DNA of 64,000 bases from Arenicellales bacterium (GTDB lineage Bacteria; Pseudomonadota; Gammaproteobacteria; Arenicellales; JAJDZL01): contig CBDAUA010000001.1 of assembly GCA_965200425.1 (NCBI GenBank), positions 194,215 to 258,214 on the forward strand. The letters run 5' to 3'. Position 1 is the first letter of the stretch; each line of letters opens with the position of its first letter. The notes beneath the pieces are model-generated. The model did no database searches. It saw only the letters and a list, made by a program, of their open reading frames with translations, and was not told where the DNA came from. Shown here piece by piece: positions 56,892 to 64,000 of the stretch. A program made the translations under genes and the position numbers.

Positions 56892-58781
56892 TTGAGATCA
56901 AATTACAGCGCCGCTGATATTGAAATTCTTTCCGGTCTAGAACCTGTCCAAAAACGGCCAGGTATGTATACCCAGACTGACAATCCCAACCATTTGGCGC
57001 AAGAAATCATCGACAACAGTGTGGATGAGGTAATTTCCGGATTTGCTACGGAAATTACAGTCACACTCCATAAAGATCGTTCTTTAAGTGTGGTTGACAA
57101 TGGTAGAGGAATTCCAGTCGATGTTCACCAAGATGAAAATGTCCCAGCCGTAGAAGTGATCATGACTCGGCTTCATTCAGGTGCCAAATTTTCATCAAAA
57201 AATTACAAACATTCTGGAGGCCTACATGGTGTTGGAGTCTCCGTTGTCAATGCATTGTCAACACAACTTGTTGTTGAAATCTGGCGAGAAGGAAATTTGC
57301 ACCGCATCTCATTTTCGAATGGAAGTGTAAGTCAGCCTTTAGAAGCAATTGAGCAGGTCGCTAAAAAATGTACGGGTACAAAAATCCAATTTTGGCCTGA
57401 GGCAAAATATTTTGACTCGATAGAATTCGATATCAAAAAACTAAAACGACTGCTGCAAGCCAAAGCGGTACTTTGCACTGGCTTACAACTTAACTTTACT
57501 GATGAGATTAATTCTAGCAACAACGAGTCTTGGCATTGCGAGGAAGGACTGCAGGTCTATCTTCAAGAGCAAATGAATGGAACTTTGAAGATTCCAGAAT
57601 TACCGATTGTCTTTCATCAGGAATTGGAAGACATGGTGGTTGATTGCACGCTCACTTGGGCTCCGGAGTCACGTCAAGCCGTTGCGAAAAGCTTTGTCAA
57701 TCTGATTCCAACGGAACAGGGGGGCATGCATGTCAATGGATTTCGAATCGGAATCTCCGATGCAATTAGAGAATTCTGTGATTACCGAAATTTAGTACCG
57801 AAATCTCTGAAAATTTCGATTGATGACGTTTGGCAGCAATGTAACTTCATTCTCTCGGTACGTATGGACAATCCCCAATTTCAGGGACAGACCAAAGAGC
57901 GACTATCATCGAGAAGGGCGAAAAAAATTCTCTCTAGTGTTTCAAAAAACCAAATGAGTCTTTGGTTAAATCAACACGTACCGCTGGCTGAACAAATCGC
58001 TCAGTTGTCAATCGAGAATGCACGTCAACGTAAACTGTCAAGTCAATCTGTAAAGAGAAGAAAATACGTCATTGGTCCCGCGTTGCCAGGTAAATTATCG
58101 GACTGCATAAGTACAAATGTGCAAGAAACTGAACTGTTTCTCGTCGAGGGTGACTCCGCAGGCGGTTCAGCCAAACAAGCACGGAACAAGGATCATCAAG
58201 CGATTTTGCCACTTCGTGGGAAAATTCGAAACACTTGGGAATTACGTTCAGAGCAAGTTCTCGCCTCAGATGAAGTCAATTCGATTGCAATAGCACTAGG
58301 TGTTGAACCCGGTGCATCCAAAGTCAATGGATTACGTTATGGAAAAGTCTGTATCCTGGCAGATGCCGATCCTGACGGTGCACATATTGCTACGCTTCTT
58401 TGCGCTTTGTTTGTCAAACACTTTCGTGTACTCGTCGCCAAAGGCCACATCCATGTTGCAACACCTCCATTGTATCGAGTCGATGCCGGTAAAGAAGTTC
58501 ATTATGCATTGGATGAAGAAGATTTGGAATACATTAAGTCGGAATTGACCAGGAAACGAAAGAACACCAAGATTAACGTCCAACGTTTCAAAGGGTTGGG
58601 AGAAATGAATCCATCACAGTTAAAAGAAACGACGATGGACCCTGCTAGCCGTCGTTTGGTGCGACTTGAAATGAACAGATCCACCAGGGTAGACCAAATT
58701 CTAGATATGTTGCTCGCCAAGAAAAAGTCTATTGCTCGCAAAAATTGGTTAACCAAAAAGGGGGACCAAGCCACCCTTTAA
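56892..58781 (+). CDS. parE: DNA topoisomerase IV subunit B
   Basis: 629 aa. N-terminus [23 protein letters not shown] parallels my recollection of E. coli Par[20 protein letters not shown]. It has the ParE-like ~630-aa length rather than the longer GyrB form. A TTG start is implied because no in-frame ATG is nearby. Confidence 0.85.
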   Translation: MRSNYSAADIEILSGLEPVQKRPGMYTQTDNPNHLAQEIIDNSVDEVISGFATEITVTLHKDRSLSVVDNGRGIPVDVHQDENVPAVEVIMTRLHSGAKFSSKNYKHSGGLHGVGVSVVNALSTQLVVEIWREGNLHRISFSNGSVSQPLEAIEQVAKKCTGTKIQFWPEAKYFDSIEFDIKKLKRLLQAKAVLCTGLQLNFTDEINSSNNESWHCEEGLQVYLQEQMNGTLKIPELPIVFHQELEDMVVDCTLTWAPESRQAVAKSFVNLIPTEQGGMHVNGFRIGISDAIREFCDYRNLVPKSLKISIDDVWQQCNFILSVRMDNPQFQGQTKERLSSRRAKKILSSVSKNQMSLWLNQHVPLAEQIAQLSIENARQRKLSSQSVKRRKYVIGPALPGKLSDCISTNVQETELFLVEGDSAGGSAKQARNKDHQAILPLRGKIRNTWELRSEQVLASDEVNSIAIALGVEPGASKVNGLRYGKVCILADADPDGAHIATLLCALFVKHFRVLVAKGHIHVATPPLYRVDAGKEVHYALDEEDLEYIKSELTRKRKNTKINVQRFKGLGEMNPSQLKETTMDPASRRLVRLEMNRSTRVDQILDMLLAKKKSIARKNWLTKKGDQATL

Positions 58782-58786
58782 TCGCA

Positions 58787-61123
58787 ATGTCGATTGAATT
58801 ATCAACTAAGGACCTCTTCTCTCATTCAGCAGAGGAGTCGATGCCGCTTGAGGAGTTCGCGGAAAGAGCATACTTGAACTACTCAATGTATGTCATTTTA
58901 GATCGCGCACTTCCTCATATAGCGGACGGTCTGAAACCTGTTCAAAGACGAATAGTCTACGCAATGTCTGAGTTGCGTTTACATTCTACTGAAAAATTTA
59001 AAAAATCGGCACGTACTGTAGGCGATGTTATCGGTAAATTTCATCCGCATGGTGATGCAGCAGCTTATGAAGCGATGGTGCTCATGGCTCAGCCGTTCAC
59101 TTACCGATACCCCATCATTGATGGGCAAGGCAACTGGGGCTCTCCGGATGATCCAAAATCTTTTGCTGCTATGCGTTACACGGAGTGTAGATTTACACCT
59201 TACGCCAAAACCTTATTAGAAGAGTTATCGAAGCCGACTGAGTATTGGATGCCATCGAATTCTCAATCTGCTGTTGATGGAAACGAGTTTCCGCCGCTCA
59301 AAAAATACATATCCAAAGGTACGGTAGATTGGGCTTCTAATTTTGACGGAACCATAGACGAACCTACACAACTACCTGCCCAATTGCCCAATATTCTGTT
59401 GAATGGTAGCACTGGGATCGCAGTGGGAATGACCGCGAACATTCCACCGCACAATATGCGAGAAGTTGCGAGCGCATGTATCGCACTATTGCGAAAACCC
59501 TCGACTAGTATAGAACGGCTGTGTGAACTGATAACAGGTCCCGACTTTCCAACACAAGCCATCATCATCACGCCTCGAGAGGAACTGGTCAAAATCTACA
59601 AGACCGGTAATGGTTCTGTACGAGTGCGTGCATCTTGGATTAAAGAGGATAATTCCATCATAATCAACGCTCTGCCGTACCAAGTGTCTGGCTCCAAAAT
59701 CCTGGAGCAAATTGCCAAGCAGATGCTCGCAAAGAAGTTGCCCATCATCTCAGATCTTAGAGATGAAGGTGATGAACTGACTCCGACTCGGCTTGTTTTG
59801 GACTTAAAGAGCAAACAAGTTGGCTGCGAACGATTGATGGGCCATTTGTTCAAAACGACAGATTTGGAAACAAGTTATCGTGTCCATCTAAATCTCATTG
59901 GACTCGACGGAAGACCGAGGGTACACAATCTAAAGACACTTCTTTCGGATTGGTTGAAATTTCGAAAAGAGACCATTCTTCGACGTCTTCAAGCTAGATT
60001 GGACTACATTACCGACCGGCTTGAAGTTCTAGAAGGATTGATTGTGGTTTACCTAAATCTCGACGAAGTCATAAGAATCATCCGTACCGAAGACGAACCA
60101 AAATTGGTGATGATGCGAAATTTTGACCTTACGAAGCGGCAAGTTGACGCTATTTTGGAAATTCGCCTCCGTCAGCTCGCCAAGCTCGAAGAAGTAAAGA
60201 TCCGGGAAGAACAAATTAAGTTACGAGATGAAAGTGATGAACTTCAGTCAACTATCAATACGCCCAGAAAACTGAAACAATTAACCATTAAAGAAATTCA
60301 ACAAGTCGCAAAAAAATATGGCGACGAACGCTGCTCACCTATGCAGGAGATGGGAGAAGTTCGGGCGTTCAAAGCAGAGGAATTTGCACCGGTAGAATCG
60401 ATTACTGTATTTTTGTCGACAAATGGCTGGGTTCGTAAAGGTAAGGGGCACAGCTTCGACCTCAGCTCGATAAATCATAAGTCTGGTGATGAATATCTAT
60501 GCCATGTCATGGGCAAATCAAACGAGACTTTAATATTTATGGACAACACAGGAAGAGTCTACACTGTGAAGCTGCGGAATTTACCATCTTTACGATCTTT
60601 TGGCGATCCGTTAACCAAGCTGTTGGATCCACCCACCATGACCCAATTTACCGGAATGATTCTGGGAAAGGATAAACATCTTTGTCTTCTGTCGACAAAT
60701 GAAGGATATGGATTCTTGAGTTCGATCAAAAAAATGAAATCGAAATTTCGCACAGGAAAAAATGTACTTTCTCTTAATGAAGCGACCCCGCTGCCGTTGG
60801 AACTCGTTTCACATTTATCACAGTCGGTGGCAGTCATCACAAATTCAGGGCGTTTGTTGATCTTTTCTGTGAATCAACTTCCTATACAAACCAAAGGCAA
60901 GGGTGTCAAACTCATCAACATACCTGAAAGTTCAAGACAATCTGGCGAATTTGTCCAGTTTGTGAAAGTTTTTTCGGACAATCAAAATTTGAAAATCTAT
61001 TCTGGGAAACAGTTTGTTCGATTGAAGCCTTCACAAAGAGTAAAGTACAAAAATTACCGAAATTCTAAAGGTAAGCTGTTACCTACGGGCTTTCGTCGCG
61101 TGAAAGAAGTCGAGATCGAATAG
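58787..61123 (+). CDS. parC: DNA topoisomerase IV subunit A
   Basis: ATG at 58787. [29 protein letters not shown], and the catalytic-Tyr region FAAMRYTE. Adjacent to parE. Carries a ~28-aa insertion relative to my recollection of E. coli ParC. Confidence 0.85.
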   Translation: MSIELSTKDLFSHSAEESMPLEEFAERAYLNYSMYVILDRALPHIADGLKPVQRRIVYAMSELRLHSTEKFKKSARTVGDVIGKFHPHGDAAAYEAMVLMAQPFTYRYPIIDGQGNWGSPDDPKSFAAMRYTECRFTPYAKTLLEELSKPTEYWMPSNSQSAVDGNEFPPLKKYISKGTVDWASNFDGTIDEPTQLPAQLPNILLNGSTGIAVGMTANIPPHNMREVASACIALLRKPSTSIERLCELITGPDFPTQAIIITPREELVKIYKTGNGSVRVRASWIKEDNSIIINALPYQVSGSKILEQIAKQMLAKKLPIISDLRDEGDELTPTRLVLDLKSKQVGCERLMGHLFKTTDLETSYRVHLNLIGLDGRPRVHNLKTLLSDWLKFRKETILRRLQARLDYITDRLEVLEGLIVVYLNLDEVIRIIRTEDEPKLVMMRNFDLTKRQVDAILEIRLRQLAKLEEVKIREEQIKLRDESDELQSTINTPRKLKQLTIKEIQQVAKKYGDERCSPMQEMGEVRAFKAEEFAPVESITVFLSTNGWVRKGKGHSFDLSSINHKSGDEYLCHVMGKSNETLIFMDNTGRVYTVKLRNLPSLRSFGDPLTKLLDPPTMTQFTGMILGKDKHLCLLSTNEGYGFLSSIKKMKSKFRTGKNVLSLNEATPLPLELVSHLSQSVAVITNSGRLLIFSVNQLPIQTKGKGVKLINIPESSRQSGEFVQFVKVFSDNQNLKIYSGKQFVRLKPSQRVKYKNYRNSKGKLLPTGFRRVKEVEIE

Positions 61124-61231
61124 AACCTCTTGCACAAGCTAAGCTAGGGTCCTTATCTCAGAAAATTTTTCTATCCGTACACCAGCAGCAAGTTATCGTC
61201 ACCCACCTAGGTTTTATTCAACAAAATCAAG

Positions 61232-62512
61232 TTAGGCTGCTGGAAACACTCCAAAAAGGATCTCTACGCGTTCAATTGTCCATATTGAAGCGAGAAAAAT
61301 GCAGGGGAGCACGACAATCCATCGATAAATATTCAACAACTCTGCCTTGAGGTGCTTTATCAGCCCGATCGTCAACCAAACAACGCCAACGATTGCAATC
61401 TGACCGATTTCAACACCAACATTGAAGGACACCAAAGACTTCCACAAATGTGCGCTATTGGGCAGCAACAATTCATGCAATACAAATGAAAAGCCAAAGC
61501 CGTGAAATAGCCCAATAAAAACCGTTACCGCCAGATCCGTATATGCTCGGCTGCGTGCTTTGCTCGGCTGCAAAGCAACTGCCCCCATGTAAATTATGGA
61601 TATTGCGATACAGGTTTCCACAGCAGGCACAAACCAAATCGCGGAAGGAACGAACCCAAAAAATCCAGCAATCAAAGTTATTGAATGCCCTAGAGTAAAT
61701 CCAGTCACTCGCCAAATTACGTTGCCGAGTGACAAAGCCCCCATAGTTAAACACAATACAAAAAGGACGTGGTCCAATCCTTCCAATATGTGCTTCGTTC
61801 CCTGAAATATGAAAGTCGCAATCGCCGAAAACTCCGAGTTTACGATTTCGACAGGCTCGTGAAGTAATCCAGTCAGTCGATGAATTCTTGATTTAGCTGG
61901 ATAGTGATCTAGTATCAAGTTCGCAATCATGTCCTGATCCGCAATATTCGGCTGGTAATGATCTTGAATGAAAAAGGAGTCTACAGATGAAGAATGCTCA
62001 TAATGAAGATATACATCCGTAACAGTCTCTCCCACATATCTATCACTATCGAAATTGACGATAGCATTTCCTTGAAATGATCGCTGTGCTTCTGCCAACG
62101 TAGCAAAAGGGGGTTGCTTGAGCGCTGAATACATACGTACAGACTGAATAACCGGATTTAAAATTTCATCCTCTACCTGAATAGACATACCACTTGCCAC
62201 GATTTCGGCAAACTGTCTTGGATCTCGAGTTATCTTTTCAACATCAACGTAGTGCATCAGAACATCACTCTCGATTCGGTTGTAGGTAAAGGGAGCTGGT
62301 TTAGCTGTTCCGTCCTCTGCACTCTCACTGACTAGCCCTGCGAGAAAAATCGGTGTCGGTAATCGAACGTAGACATCTAGCCCACTTGCAGTGTGAGCGA
62401 AGTGGATAGTTCTGATGTTGATATTGAGATTAAAGTGAGCGAACCCGGAAATGGGTTGAAGTAACGCTCCAAGAGCAAAAAAGAAGGCGAATACGTACCG
62501 AATGAACATCAC
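61232..62512 (-). CDS. HupE/UreJ-family membrane protein with a large N-terminal periplasmic domain
   Basis: 426 aa with a signal peptide. About 230 aa of soluble domain, then a multi-TM C-terminus beginning with the family motif HILEGLDHVLFVL. Confidence 0.6.
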   Translation of the reverse strand: MMFIRYVFAFFFALGALLQPISGFAHFNLNINIRTIHFAHTASGLDVYVRLPTPIFLAGLVSESAEDGTAKPAPFTYNRIESDVLMHYVDVEKITRDPRQFAEIVASGMSIQVEDEILNPVIQSVRMYSALKQPPFATLAEAQRSFQGNAIVNFDSDRYVGETVTDVYLHYEHSSSVDSFFIQDHYQPNIADQDMIANLILDHYPAKSRIHRLTGLLHEPVEIVNSEFSAIATFIFQGTKHILEGLDHVLFVLCLTMGALSLGNVIWRVTGFTLGHSITLIAGFFGFVPSAIWFVPAVETCIAISIIYMGAVALQPSKARSRAYTDLAVTVFIGLFHGFGFSFVLHELLLPNSAHLWKSLVSFNVGVEIGQIAIVGVVWLTIGLIKHLKAELLNIYRWIVVLPCIFLASIWTIERVEILFGVFPAA

Positions 62513-62814
62513 TTGAAATTGTTGGTTCTCAAGAATTTACGACAGAATTGAAGAAAGAACTCAATTTTCGTTACAAACAATTACAAAATTGAAATCGGAT
62601 CAGGAACAAAACCAGCCATCGCCAATAATTGATTCGTTTGCAGTTGCTGGTGTTGGCGACTGAAACTGATATTCATGCCAATCTACTGCAGACTATTGAA
62701 GAGTAATATTGTTTTTGAGTTTGGCAAAAAAAATTCCCGGATCTTTACTTTTGTCACCAGTACCATGCCGGGAAATTAGCTGGAATCGAAATCTGGCAAT
62801 CGTTGCCACATATT

Positions 62815-62841
62815 AGGCTTGGAACAAGAAGTTCCAAGCCT
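62815..62841 (-). terminator. GC-rich hairpin downstream of the MBL-fold gene (candidate terminator)
   Basis: Perfect 11-bp stem AGGCTTGGAAC / GTTCCAAGCCT with a 5-nt loop, 15 nt beyond the stop at 62856. The trailing U-tract on the minus strand is poor (AATATG). Confidence 0.45.
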
Positions 62842-62855
62842 AATTCATTTGAATT

Positions 62856-63791
62856 TTAATAACCTTCTGAATCAACAGCTAAGTTATGAGAGCCAAAGTA
62901 CATTACATGTCCTTTCATGCCTTCGATATCAGCGGGAGAAAGAGTAATGGTAGGTCCATCTAGCATAGTGTGCTCATGAGTCTGTGCCCACTCAGTCGCT
63001 GGAAGTAATGTTGAAGTCCAGAATGTAGTTTCTGGTACAAGGTAATGATGAGGTATTGCAACTTTCGCACCAACCATTTCAGTCACTGCATCGGCCTGTG
63101 CATAGTCCAAAATATGGCGAGAACCATCGACTGGAACAAAGACGATATCTACCTGACCAATCTTATCCATAACTTCTTGTGGTGGATTCGATCGGTTGTC
63201 ACCCCACATCAGCAAGCGTAACCCGCCGGTTTCAATTAGGTAAAGGTTGTTATCCATGTGTCGGAAATTTGTTGGTGGGCATGGATCATCACGACCTTCG
63301 AACTGCTTGACTGCTTCGGTCCAAGTGACGATTCCAGGCGCAACACACACATGTTTATCCGCGATTCCTGTGATTTTGACATCACCTAATTCAAACGTAC
63401 CTCCCATGCGATCTAAAAGCATGTTTGCGTCTAGTCGGTCAAGTGCGTCATGGTCGAAATGAGCATGGGTTGATAATCCAATATCTACATCTGTCATTGG
63501 GAAATCAATTCGATACCACAATCCCCATGAACCCGAAGGATCGTTTCGCCATGGATCCACCATCATAGAAATTCCCCGAGGTGATGTTACTTTGAATGCC
63601 GAATTGCTGTAGTAAGAAATTTCTACACCGGCACCTGGTTCATCTGTACCACCTTCGTTTTGTATTTCTATGATTCTATTGTGGTTACTACCAGACTCCC
63701 ACGAAACTAGATGAGTAATACCCTCCTTGGAAAGGCCTACAACGCCACCCAAAATTACAGCAAGGCTAATTACCATCAATTTTCTACTCAT
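62856..63791 (-). CDS. Secreted metallo-beta-lactamase-fold hydrolase
   Basis: 311 aa with signal peptide MSRKLMVISLAVILGGVVGLS. HxHxDH motif as STHAHFDHD. Confidence 0.75.
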   Translation of the reverse strand: MSRKLMVISLAVILGGVVGLSKEGITHLVSWESGSNHNRIIEIQNEGGTDEPGAGVEISYYSNSAFKVTSPRGISMMVDPWRNDPSGSWGLWYRIDFPMTDVDIGLSTHAHFDHDALDRLDANMLLDRMGGTFELGDVKITGIADKHVCVAPGIVTWTEAVKQFEGRDDPCPPTNFRHMDNNLYLIETGGLRLLMWGDNRSNPPQEVMDKIGQVDIVFVPVDGSRHILDYAQADAVTEMVGAKVAIPHHYLVPETTFWTSTLLPATEWAQTHEHTMLDGPTITLSPADIEGMKGHVMYFGSHNLAVDSEGY

Positions 63792-64000
63792 AAAATTCTC
63801 CTTATCCCTTAAATTTTTAGTTTTTTGTTTAAATTAAACATGAAATTTTACATTGAAGCTCATTAAAAAATTATTTTCCTTTGGAAATCTGTCTTCGATG
63901 CTGAGCACCACAACAAATTGAACAAGGAAAAATGCAATGAACGGAAACCGTATTTTTAGGAGCGATCAGCGCACTCATTGGCTAGTGAACCAAAAGCAGA

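Overview
A gene-dense, moderately AT-rich chromosomal window with about 58 protein-coding genes or gene remnants and 2 tRNA-Ser genes. I saw no rRNA and no CRISPR array. All calls come from reading the supplied translations and the DNA by eye (motifs, gene order, hairpins). No database search was run. The content fits an aerobic, probably marine, Gammaproteobacteria-like heterotroph: adjacent parE-parC, and a Pseudomonas-style aa3 cox cluster with DUF2244, Cox11, DUF2909 and SURF1. The taxon is inference only.

Blocks in order:
- 0.3-4.2 kb: an Fe3+/2-aminoethylphosphonate-type ABC importer.
- 4.3-11.7 kb, minus strand: a betaine-type importer (proX-W-V) followed by a class II aldolase-fold protein, a PhyH-type Fe/2OG dioxygenase and a DMGDH-like FAD/GcvT fusion.
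- 11.9-15.2 kb: a CooF/DmsB-like polyferredoxin with an FAD/NAD(P) oxidoreductase, then a YkgJ Cys-cluster protein with a metallophosphoesterase.
- 15.2-16.05 kb: an 842-nt ORF-free gap.
- 16-21.8 kb: a Liv-type amino-acid ABC system.
- 22-29.7 kb: crotonase, argE, an AI-2E transporter, oligopeptidase B, and an EcKinase-like gene divergent from an orphan beta-class DNA methyltransferase.
- 29.9-37.2 kb: the cox cluster, then purB.
- 38.6-39.7 kb: two tandem paralogous secreted Cys proteins.
- 39.7-42.3 kb: a decayed AT-rich islet (restriction-modification remnant plus IS3 transposase remnant).
- 42.3-64 kb: rluF-like, pyrD, argC, a Pot-like ABC importer with a Tat-signal binding protein, frc with a PaaK-like ligase and a crotonase, a CobS-like gene between two inverted tRNA-Ser genes, tadA, a second PhyH protein, parE, parC, a HupE/UreJ-like protein and a secreted MBL-fold hydrolase.

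The best candidate for something undescribed is the importer / aldolase-fold / dioxygenase / DMGDH-like module, together with its convergent AEP-type importer. It looks like catabolism of a methylated onium or aminophosphonate compound, and no known pathway fully explains it. I recognised no transcription factor anywhere in the window.
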